Origin: Patescibacteria group bacterium
Lineage (GTDB): Bacteria > Patescibacteriota > JACMRA01
Assembly (NCBI GenBank): GCA_038751365.1
Contig: JBCDGH010000002.1
Coordinates: 1 to 58,147 of the forward strand
Direction of reading: 5' to 3'
DNA: 58,147 nt
In this document: positions 18,367-26,372 of the stretch, in pieces
How the letters are laid out: each line of letters begins with the position of its first letter
How positions within the stretch are numbered: the stretch's first letter is position 1
The notes under the pieces: generated by a model
The model's input: the letters and a program-made list of their open reading frames with translations, nothing else
What the model was told of the DNA's origin: nothing
Databases searched by the model: none
Position numbers and translations under genes: made by a program

Positions 18367-19392
18367 TTGAAGCTCAGTTATAAAGTAAAAGTAACGCGTT
18401 TAAATATGAGTAATGACTACTATATCATAGCTGATCACATCAAAGCTGCCTGTTTTATTATAGCTAGTGGTGTAGAACCTAGTGGCAAGCAGAGAGGGTA
18501 CATATTAAGGCGTCTCATCAGAAGGTCTTTCTCAGCTAGTTTGAGACTTGATATAGATATTAGCAATCCTCAATATTTTGAAGAATTAGTAGAGTCAGTG
18601 ATAACAATTTATCAGGGAGTGTACAACGAAGTCGAAGATAATAAAATAAAAATTTTAGAAGTATTAAATACTGAAGCTAGCAAATATCAAAAGTCAATTT
18701 TGGTTGGAGAAAAAGAGTGGCGCAAAATATTAGATAAAGAGTCGCTTAATAATACAGCTTTAGCACAAAAAACTTGGGATTTGTATCAAACTCACGGTGT
18801 ACCTATTGAAGCTTCAGAAGGAATTATTCTGAATAGAGACCTAAATTATGATCATAACTATCTTAATAAACTTATTAAAGATCATCAGAAGCTATCTCAA
18901 ACTAAATCAGCAGGTCAGTTTAAATCTGGTCTAGGCGAAGATAATCAAAAAACTCGCAAATTACATACTGTCACTCATATTCTACATACCGTACTAATAT
19001 CCATATATGGTAAACAAATAAAACAAAAAGGTTCTGCTATAACTTCTCAAAAAGCTAGATTTGATTTTACCCTAGATAGCAAGATCGAGCCTCAAGATAT
19101 GGAACAAATTGAAAAGCAAGTTCAGAAAATAATTGACCTTAACCTGAATATGACTAAGCAAGAAATGACCGAACCTGAGGCTAGAGAATTAGGAGCTATA
19201 GGTTTATTCGGAGAAAAATATGGTGAAAGAGTTACAGTTTATTCACTAAAAGACAGTAGTGATCAGGTTTACTCTAGAGAGTTTTGTGGTGGTCCACATA
19301 TAGAGAATACTAAGCAAATTGGTAGTTTCAAAATTCTAAAACAAAAGTCAGTTGGTCAAGGACTTAGGAGGTTAGAATTCGATGTAATCTAA
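18367..19392 (+). CDS. alaS: alanyl-tRNA synthetase-derived protein: tRNA-recognition (mid) domain plus editing domain only, with no aminoacylation domain and no C-Ala domain
   Basis: IIADHIKAACFIIASGVEPSGKQRGYILRRLIRRS matches the AlaRS segment that follows the catalytic domain (about residue 285 of E. coli AlaRS, from memory). The editing-site motifs HTVTHILH (HxxxH) and FCGGPHIENT (CxxxH) are both present. The ORF ends right after IGSFKILKQKSVGQGLRRLEF. The track start is TTG at 18367, with an ATG (MSNDYY) at 18406. An in-frame TGA lies at 18352, and the upstream neighbour is an unrelated minus-strand gene. Confidence 0.75.
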   Translation: MKLSYKVKVTRLNMSNDYYIIADHIKAACFIIASGVEPSGKQRGYILRRLIRRSFSASLRLDIDISNPQYFEELVESVITIYQGVYNEVEDNKIKILEVLNTEASKYQKSILVGEKEWRKILDKESLNNTALAQKTWDLYQTHGVPIEASEGIILNRDLNYDHNYLNKLIKDHQKLSQTKSAGQFKSGLGEDNQKTRKLHTVTHILHTVLISIYGKQIKQKGSAITSQKARFDFTLDSKIEPQDMEQIEKQVQKIIDLNLNMTKQEMTEPEARELGAIGLFGEKYGERVTVYSLKDSSDQVYSREFCGGPHIENTKQIGSFKILKQKSVGQGLRRLEFDVI

Positions 19393-19399
19393 CTTTGGA

Positions 19400-21703
19400 C
19401 TAGATTTTTAGGCTTAAACTTATTTGACCTTTATCATTAACGTCAACAACTTTAGCTGTAATCTCTTGACCAAGCTTAACCACATCCTCGACCTTAGCTA
19501 CCCTCTTGTTTGACATCTGTGAAATATGAATCATACCTTCTTTATCAGTTTCATCAATTTTTACAAAAGCACCATAGGTCTCAATTCGGAATACTTTACC
19601 ATTTACTAAATCACCTTTAGTATAATCTCTAATCATTTTTAGGATATGGCTTTTAGCCTGAGCAACTTGCTCTCTGTCTTTGCCGTATATAAATGTTTTA
19701 CCTGTATTATCTTCAATGTCTACATCAACCTGATATTTTGATATAATACCTTTGATGACTTTACCGCTTGGGCCAATTACATCGCCAATCTTTTCATACG
19801 GAACATCAATAACTTCTACTCCGGGAGCATATATAGAAATCTCTTGATTAGGAGAACTCATAACTTCCCGCATTCTATCAAGAATATATAATCTTCCGAC
19901 TTTTGCTTCTAATAAAGCTACTTTTAGAATATGTACAGTCAAACCTGAAGCCTTATTATCCAACTGAATTGCTGTGATTCCTGCTTCAGTTCCAGCTACC
20001 TTAAAATCCATATCGCCATAATGATCTTCACTTCCCTGAATATCGGTCAGGACTTTAAATGCACCTGTATTAGAATCTATAACTAAGCCCATTGCTATAC
20101 CAGCCACCATTTCTTTTATGGGTACTCCTGCTTGCATTAAACTAAGTGTTGAGGCACAGGTAGACGCCATCGAAGTAGATCCATTTGAACCTAAGCATTC
20201 GCTTACCAACCTTATTGTGTAAGGAAACTCCTGCTCACTAGGTAATACTGGCAATAAGGCTTTTTCCGCTAGAGCTCCATGCCCAATCTCTCTTCTACCA
20301 GGACCAAAATATCTTCCGGTCTCACCTACTGAATAGGCTGGAAAATTATAATGGTGAATATATCTCTTAGTTTGCTCTTCAAAATCTTCCATATCATCCA
20401 AGAGTTGCGCGTCTCTCGATGTACCTAGAGTCAAAACATTGAGAACTTGAGTTTCACCACGCATAAACAAACTAGAGCCATGAGTTCTTGGTAAAGTTCT
20501 CACTTGGCATATAATCTTGCGAACTTCATCTAACCCCCTACCATCTAATCTCTTTTCTTGTTGCAAAATGTTTTCTTTTACGATTTTTTGTATTAATGTA
20601 TTTAAAGCTTCTTCCAACAAGTTTTTTAAAACACTTAGCTCACTAAATGAAGAGAATAAAGATAGTAACAAGTTAGCAATATCGGAATCAACCTCATCAT
20701 TAATAATGGCAATATCAGTAAGCTTCTGTTTAAAATCTGAATCTAATTCATCGGCTAGAGGCAGAGCCAAGTCACTAAGCTGTTGAATAGTCTTAGTATG
20801 GTAATTAGTATACTCGTTTAAAGCTTTAGCTTTTTCATTCTTAGTTGTAACTGCAAACAAGACTTTTTCTAAATCGCTTTTAAAATTCAACCAGTAATTA
20901 TGATACTTCTGATCAACCTGCTTAACAACTAGCTCAACTTGTGATACATCTAGAGTCTGTAGTGCTTTAGTTACGAATTCAGACTGAAAATTTGTAAGAG
21001 TTAATAAATTTTTATTAGCCAAATCTAGCGAATCATTCAAAACTGATTCGTCAACAATAGAAGCTCCTGCCTCTACCATCATAATATTATAGCCTTCACC
21101 AGATACTACCATATCCAAAGTAGAATTTTGCATTTGGGGGTAGCTTGGTGAGACTACATTAGCACCATCTACCTGCCCTATCCTAACACTACTTACCGGA
21201 CCTTTAAAACTTGTAGTCGATATATTCAAAGCAGCTGAGGCAGCTAATACTGCTAGAGTATCTGGAGGATAAATCTCATCTACGCTAAGCACTGTGATAA
21301 CTACCTGAACCTCTGAGCGTGTATTTTTATCAAACAAAGACCTTAGTGACCTGTCAACCATTCTACCAGTCAAGACAGCATTTTCTGAAGGTTTACCCTC
21401 TCTCTTAATAAATCTAGATCCTTTAATTTTACCACTGGCGTACAATCTCTCTTCATAGATTACTTGAAGTGGGAAATAATCACTTTTAGTTTCTTTACCA
21501 ATTACTACTGCCGCTAACACAGTAGTTTCACCCATCGTAGCAAGAACTGCACAATTAGCTTGCTGCGCCAATAAACCGGTTTGCAAAGTGATTTGAGTGT
21601 CCTCATACTGAAGAGAATGAGAAACAGGTACGTCTGAGAACATAATATAATATTGGTTGTAGTTTAATATACAAGTAAGACTTTGTGTAGTGCCTTTTGT
21701 CAA
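19400..21703 (-). CDS. pnp: polyribonucleotide nucleotidyltransferase (PNPase)
   Basis: Two RNase PH domains (FPLQVIYEERLYASGKIKGSRF..., REIGHGALAEKAL, SNGSTSMASTCASTLSLMQAGVP, DHYGDMDFKVAGT), then a KH domain (IGPSGKVIKGI) and an S1 domain (GKVFRIETYGAFVKI). The likely true start is the ATG at 21643 (MFSDVPV). Confidence 0.95.
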   Translation of the reverse strand: MTKGTTQSLTCILNYNQYYIMFSDVPVSHSLQYEDTQITLQTGLLAQQANCAVLATMGETTVLAAVVIGKETKSDYFPLQVIYEERLYASGKIKGSRFIKREGKPSENAVLTGRMVDRSLRSLFDKNTRSEVQVVITVLSVDEIYPPDTLAVLAASAALNISTTSFKGPVSSVRIGQVDGANVVSPSYPQMQNSTLDMVVSGEGYNIMMVEAGASIVDESVLNDSLDLANKNLLTLTNFQSEFVTKALQTLDVSQVELVVKQVDQKYHNYWLNFKSDLEKVLFAVTTKNEKAKALNEYTNYHTKTIQQLSDLALPLADELDSDFKQKLTDIAIINDEVDSDIANLLLSLFSSFSELSVLKNLLEEALNTLIQKIVKENILQQEKRLDGRGLDEVRKIICQVRTLPRTHGSSLFMRGETQVLNVLTLGTSRDAQLLDDMEDFEEQTKRYIHHYNFPAYSVGETGRYFGPGRREIGHGALAEKALLPVLPSEQEFPYTIRLVSECLGSNGSTSMASTCASTLSLMQAGVPIKEMVAGIAMGLVIDSNTGAFKVLTDIQGSEDHYGDMDFKVAGTEAGITAIQLDNKASGLTVHILKVALLEAKVGRLYILDRMREVMSSPNQEISIYAPGVEVIDVPYEKIGDVIGPSGKVIKGIISKYQVDVDIEDNTGKTFIYGKDREQVAQAKSHILKMIRDYTKGDLVNGKVFRIETYGAFVKIDETDKEGMIHISQMSNKRVAKVEDVVKLGQEITAKVVDVNDKGQISLSLKI

Positions 21704-21736
21704 ACTTAATTAGGTCAAGCGCAACTTGACAAAAGG
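21693..21736. promoter_or_regulatory. perfect 11-bp inverted repeat in the pnp leader / divergent intergenic region
   Basis: CCTTTTGTCAA (21693-21703) and TTGACAAAAGG (21726-21736) are separated by 22 nt. A competing 6-bp pairing, GTCAAG (21714-21719) with CTTGAC (21725-21730), shares the right arm. The repeat lies 50-93 nt upstream of the pnp ATG at 21643. Confidence 0.4.
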
Positions 21737-21771
21737 TTAGCAATACAGCCTTTATATAGCTCAGATTACTA

Positions 21772-22737
21772 TTGCCTGAATTAGCATTTAGGCGACTTAT
21801 CAATATGCCATCTGTATATAATAGTAGTGCAAAACAGAATTATCCCAAGGAAGAAGGGCTCAATTTTGATCTTATCACCAGAATAATCGCTCTAGGGTTG
21901 GTTTTAGGAGTAGCTTTTTTCTACTTCGGTAGCTTGCAGCCTTTAATTCTTAATAGATATACCAACAACCTAGAAACACAAATTGGTTTATTGCAATCAA
22001 AACTAGTATCTCAAACCCAGAATTTTACAGATTCTAAATTAGCTATCACACAAAAAATTACAAGCTTTAATCCGATTGAAATATGTAGCACAAGTCAGCT
22101 TATAGATACTAACGATCAAGACTTTAGCAATATAGAGGAATTTAAACTATCATTGTTACCAGATTCCGACTTATCATCACCACCTAGATACCTAAACTTC
22201 TACCTAAAAGAGTCAGAAATCGTCTATTCTAGATTATATGATGAATATCAAAATATTCTTGCTGAGTATAGTCGGGTTTACGAGCAGGGAATTGATCTTA
22301 AAGCATTACTAGAATATAGAAACTTTTGGATAGAAAATTGTGAGCAAATTGAAAACAGCAAAGGGCAGATAGATGAATTGAAAGAGCTTTGCCAAAATCA
22401 GGATACAGTACACAGAGACTTCGTATCGCGGCAAATATACAGTGAAATCTATAAAAATGTTGCGCAAAGTCAGTCTAGATGCGCAGAAGTCATAAACTAT
22501 AATCCGAGTAATACTCGGCGTACAACTTACCCAAACTTTGATCAATGGTTTTTGGACTGGTATGAAGGCTTCCAGAGTCTGATGACATATAATACAGATT
22601 TTATACCTGGTATAAACGACCTACCCTTATATAACCAAAATTTTAGCTTATTTTTAGACGAAGCTTATCGAGATATTGAAAATATTGAATCCTCAAAAGA
22701 TCGCTTTTTGAATCAGTTTTATTTAATGGATTTTTAA
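21772..22737 (+). CDS. hypothetical membrane-anchored protein, ~310-321 aa
   Basis: One TM helix (IIALGLVLGVAFFYFGSL) followed by a soluble domain. An alternative ATG (MPSVYN) is at 21805. No family recognised. Confidence 0.45.
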   Translation: MPELAFRRLINMPSVYNSSAKQNYPKEEGLNFDLITRIIALGLVLGVAFFYFGSLQPLILNRYTNNLETQIGLLQSKLVSQTQNFTDSKLAITQKITSFNPIEICSTSQLIDTNDQDFSNIEEFKLSLLPDSDLSSPPRYLNFYLKESEIVYSRLYDEYQNILAEYSRVYEQGIDLKALLEYRNFWIENCEQIENSKGQIDELKELCQNQDTVHRDFVSRQIYSEIYKNVAQSQSRCAEVINYNPSNTRRTTYPNFDQWFLDWYEGFQSLMTYNTDFIPGINDLPLYNQNFSLFLDEAYRDIENIESSKDRFLNQFYLMDF

Positions 22738-22752
22738 GTCAAAAAATAATAT

Positions 22753-22781
22753 TTGACATAAGGTTTAGGTTATGCTATGCT
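22753..22781 (+). promoter_or_regulatory. sigma70-like promoter for gene 22828..23211
   Basis: TTGACA (22753-22758), a 17-nt spacer, then TATGCT (22776-22781). An AGGAG RBS at 22816-22820 sits 7 nt before the ATG at 22828. Confidence 0.4.
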
Positions 22782-22827
22782 TAAAGTGTCGAAAGGAAAG
22801 ATAGTTTAGAAAATTAGGAGAGTTTCG

Positions 22828-23211
22828 ATGATAGTTAAAGGTTTTCTTTCAAGCACCTTACTAACTTTAATAATCAGCCTACTTCCTTCAAATTCAGCAA
22901 GTGCTCAAACTGAAAGTCATCCTTTTTTGATATTAAAAAAAAGACATTTAAAAGCTTGTAGTGATGTATCAATCTTTGGAGAAGAATATAATGGTATCCT
23001 AATTTATCGACCGTTTTATGAAGTCGCACATGGAGATCAAGAAATTGTTAATGTAAGTGGAGAGAAAAGATATCAAATTGTTTGTGGAAATTTAGATAGA
23101 AAGGAAATTAAAAAATTGCAGAAGGAAGGATGGGTGATCGACTATAAAAAACTTACACTTGAAGAAAAAAACAAGTTTAATAACTTTAAAGGACCAAAAC
23201 CTATAAAGTGA
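22828..23211 (+). CDS. small secreted hypothetical protein, 127 aa
   Basis: Signal-peptide-like N-terminus ending SNSASAQT. Good RBS and a downstream terminator. Confidence 0.55.
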   Translation: MIVKGFLSSTLLTLIISLLPSNSASAQTESHPFLILKKRHLKACSDVSIFGEEYNGILIYRPFYEVAHGDQEIVNVSGEKRYQIVCGNLDRKEIKKLQKEGWVIDYKKLTLEEKNKFNNFKGPKPIK

Positions 23212-23262
23212 GCTTAAAAGATTATTCCCGTTATTCAGATTATAATCTTTAAAGAATATGCA

Positions 23263-23293
23263 CCCACCTATAATTATTTATAAGTGGGTTTTT
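23263..23293 (+). terminator. rho-independent terminator after 22828..23211
   Basis: cccacctataa-ttat-ttataagtggg gives a stem of 11 paired positions with one mismatch, followed by TTTTT (23289-23293). Confidence 0.6.
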
Positions 23294-23298
23294 CGTTA

Positions 23299-23667
23299 TT
23301 AAATCATTCCTAGATCTAGCCTCACTTCTTCACTCAGCATACTTCTATCCCAAGCAGGTTCCCATACTAGATCTACATGAACGTCACCTTCAGCTATACT
23401 TTCGACCACAGTCTGAACTTGCTGAGGTAAGATATCAATAGCAGGGCAATTTGGAGAAGTCAAAGTCATAGCAATATCTACATCCCCATTTTCTTGCAAA
23501 TCTATAGCGTACACTAACCCCAAATCCCAGATATTTACTGGTATTTCTGGATCATACACGGTTTTGAGTAGATTAATTATATCCGCTTTTTGATTAACCT
23601 CCTTTGACTTTGTTATCATTAAATAAAAAATGGCCTTTTTTAAATACTCAGTCAACTTTGACATCAT
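23299..23667 (-). CDS. DUF59/MIP18-family Fe-S assembly protein (SufT/PaaD-like)
   Basis: VYDPEIPVNIWDLGLVY and LTSPNCPA are the hallmark motifs of the DUF59 family. Confidence 0.75.
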   Translation of the reverse strand: MMSKLTEYLKKAIFYLMITKSKEVNQKADIINLLKTVYDPEIPVNIWDLGLVYAIDLQENGDVDIAMTLTSPNCPAIDILPQQVQTVVESIAEGDVHVDLVWEPAWDRSMLSEEVRLDLGMI

Positions 23668-23692
23668 ATAGCTTTTTCTCTAGAGTCGAACC

Positions 23693-24841
23693 ATGTTAAA
23701 TCTAAATATAATCAAAAATTCAACTATACTAGTCAGAGTTAATTATGATTTACCGCTTCAAGGATATACTGCAAGAATTAGAGATAGTTTAAATACTATA
23801 GAAACATTGCTATCAAATAATAATAAAGTTATTCTAGTGAGTCATTGGGGTCGCCCCAAAGGCAAAGTCGAAGCAGAGTTTAGTACTAATAAAATTACAG
23901 GCTTGCTTTATGAACAACTTCAATCGAGCAACAAAGAGCTACTGATAAATGCTAGTATAGAATATTTAGACCAATACCAAAATTTTAAGGAAGCTGCAGA
24001 GTACATAAGAAATACGGACGTTGATAAAAATAACAGTAAAATATTTTTACTTGAAAATACACGCTTTCACCCGATGGAGAAATCCAAAAATAGTGAAAAT
24101 AGACTAAATCTAGCCAAACAGTATGCAATCTTAGCAGATGTATTTGTTGATGAAGCTTTTGCAGTGAGCCATAGACAAGAAGCCACTAATAGCGAAATCA
24201 AATCTATTTTACCTTATGCTCTTGGACACTCCTACGAATCCGAACTAAGTCACCTATCTAAATTGAAGGAAAATCCAAAAAAACCTTTCTATATTATCAT
24301 GGCAGGAAGTAAGCTAAAAACTAAGCTTGAATTAATCACTAACTTGCTAGAGAAATCCGACAAAATACTGCTAGGTGGTATGCTATGTTTTACATTTTTA
24401 AAAGCTAAGCAAGAACTATACCCTGACCTAGATTTAGCAGACACTTACGATTCAGAAATAGAAACCGACTTTATAGACAAAGCCAAAAAATTATTGCTTG
24501 AATACCCTGAAAAAATTGTTTTACCTAAAGACTTTACCTATACTCAAACTGAGGGCAAGAAATTAGCTATGGATATTGGACCGCAAACTGTAGATTTTTA
24601 TTCAAAACAAATTAGTCACGCAAATACTATATTTTGGAATGGTACTCTAGGTTATTACGAAAAGCCACCTTTTGACCAGGGTACTCTTCAGCTAGCTAAA
24701 AGTATTGCTAACTTAAAATATTGCTACAAAGTAATTGGAGGTGGAGACACTAATTCTGCTTTACCACGCTCGATACTGCAAACATTTAACTTTGCTTCGA
24801 TGGGAGGAGGAGCTACTCTAAATTACCTAAGCCAAAATTAG
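23693..24841 (+). CDS. pgk: phosphoglycerate kinase
   Basis: RVNYDLPL, SHWGRPKG, ENTRFH, DEAFAVSHR, WNGTLGYYE and GGGDT, over the full length of about 380 aa. Confidence 0.9.
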   Translation: MLNLNIIKNSTILVRVNYDLPLQGYTARIRDSLNTIETLLSNNNKVILVSHWGRPKGKVEAEFSTNKITGLLYEQLQSSNKELLINASIEYLDQYQNFKEAAEYIRNTDVDKNNSKIFLLENTRFHPMEKSKNSENRLNLAKQYAILADVFVDEAFAVSHRQEATNSEIKSILPYALGHSYESELSHLSKLKENPKKPFYIIMAGSKLKTKLELITNLLEKSDKILLGGMLCFTFLKAKQELYPDLDLADTYDSEIETDFIDKAKKLLLEYPEKIVLPKDFTYTQTEGKKLAMDIGPQTVDFYSKQISHANTIFWNGTLGYYEKPPFDQGTLQLAKSIANLKYCYKVIGGGDTNSALPRSILQTFNFASMGGGATLNYLSQN

Positions 24842-26280
24842 AAAAAAGAAGTGTTCTTGTAGGCAATAAGATTGTTTTCAGAAAAACAGAATTGAAACCT
24901 ATCCACTATTTCAGGTAAGCAACTATTTTGGTTCCATCTAATAGGACTGTATTTTACGACATTTCTGTTTATTATGTCTTTATCGAACCATACTGAATAA
25001 ACCTCAGCATCGGAGTAAATCATAATTCTTCGCCATGTAAAGTAGTATGCTATTTCGTAACTAGAAGGATCACCAGTCAAGGGTATCAAGCCGAAGTCTT
25101 GACCTTCCTTTAAGGAAAAATTATAGCTAAAGAGATGATTCTCAAGGTCTAACCAAAAAATAGTGTTGGTATCTATGCCGATATAGTTTATATTAGACCC
25201 GATTACTTGCCAGATATTCTTATCGAAATCAGGAATGTAGTAAGCAGTCTCCCCTATTTTTATCATCATGCCTTGAAATAAGCTAGCTACCTCAAAATCA
25301 ATCTCATTACCGAGCTCAGCAACTCCTCTAAGCTGTCTTATATCTGTGTTTTGAGTATAAGGATCGTCATTCAAGTTGAAAAAAGTATTTTCTATATAAC
25401 CTTTCGATAATCTAAAAATCTTATCTTCCCTCCATAACCAAACATTATTTGGAGATTTTGTTTGGTGAATACCGTTGATTTGACTCTCAATGAAGCTTAG
25501 CCTCAAAGTCCTAAGATCTAGCGCCCATAACCTTCCTTGTGCATCTAGAATCAAGACCTGAGTTTCGCTCGAACTAACAACACTAAGTGACTCAACCGGA
25601 AGCAAAGATAGATCAACGAACTCCCATCTATTATCAACCAGTATTAAAATCACATCATCTTTCTTATTCCAATAGATATTTTCGGATAAAATTTCCCAAT
25701 TAGTAAGACCTATTAAAGAGTTTGAGCTATTATTAACTTCACTTGGTAGCCCAATTACACCCCCAAGATTATATCCCTGAACAAAATATTTCGATTCTTG
25801 TCTGAACAAAATTAAACTGGGTGACAAAATCCCTACAGGCGTTTGATTTTCAAAGCTATTTATTATATTTGGCTCGCTAGGTAGCAAGGTCAAATTAGTT
25901 ACGCGCGCACTCCCGTTTGTACCTCTCTCACTCCAAAAAACAAATTCTTCTGCTAAATAACCAGGGAACTCAACTCCGATTTGTACCTGCTGCCCATCCG
26001 CAGCTTTCATTTCCAGAGGTGTTTTACCAATATTAAAACCGTTATTAACAATATCAGCACCCCGAGGCAGAGTCTCAACGTTAATATTAAGTGTATTACT
26101 AATTTTTTGCTGATCTAGACTTATTTCAAAACCAAGCGAATAGATAACTAAAAAAGGTGTCACTAAAATAAAGAAAAGTAGAAACGAACCATAAACGTAT
26201 CTTCTATATTTAGCGAACATAATTTTGGGTTCTTTAAGTGCTAATTTAGTAAACTTATATAATAGATAGATTGCCTCCAA
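24838..26280 (-). CDS. hypothetical membrane-anchored protein with PEGA-like domain
   Basis: N-terminal TM helix, then LPRGADIVNNGFNIGKTPLEMKAADGQQVQIGVEFPGYL (PEGA-like pattern), then a large repeat-like beta-rich region. Confidence 0.5.
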   Translation of the reverse strand: MEAIYLLYKFTKLALKEPKIMFAKYRRYVYGSFLLFFILVTPFLVIYSLGFEISLDQQKISNTLNINVETLPRGADIVNNGFNIGKTPLEMKAADGQQVQIGVEFPGYLAEEFVFWSERGTNGSARVTNLTLLPSEPNIINSFENQTPVGILSPSLILFRQESKYFVQGYNLGGVIGLPSEVNNSSNSLIGLTNWEILSENIYWNKKDDVILILVDNRWEFVDLSLLPVESLSVVSSSETQVLILDAQGRLWALDLRTLRLSFIESQINGIHQTKSPNNVWLWREDKIFRLSKGYIENTFFNLNDDPYTQNTDIRQLRGVAELGNEIDFEVASLFQGMMIKIGETAYYIPDFDKNIWQVIGSNINYIGIDTNTIFWLDLENHLFSYNFSLKEGQDFGLIPLTGDPSSYEIAYYFTWRRIMIYSDAEVYSVWFDKDIINRNVVKYSPIRWNQNSCLPEIVDRFQFCFSENNLIAYKNTSFF

Positions 26281-26372
26281 AAACCTTTTATGTCAATATT
26301 TGCCAAGCTAAAACTTTTATGATAAAATTATGTCGTCAGGCAAAAGCCAATTAAAACCAAACAAAAACTAAT

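Noticed and set aside
21603-21803. Track ORFs 21603..21803 and 33883..34074 spanning divergent intergenic regions, and long N-terminal extensions from TTG/GTG starts (for example at 35336, 28584..29063, 44460, 19400..21703 and 31785..33989).
   Set aside because: The extensions lack family similarity, while an internal ATG aligns with the canonical N-terminus of each family. The two intergenic ORFs overlap the true starts of pnp and der and look like artefacts.
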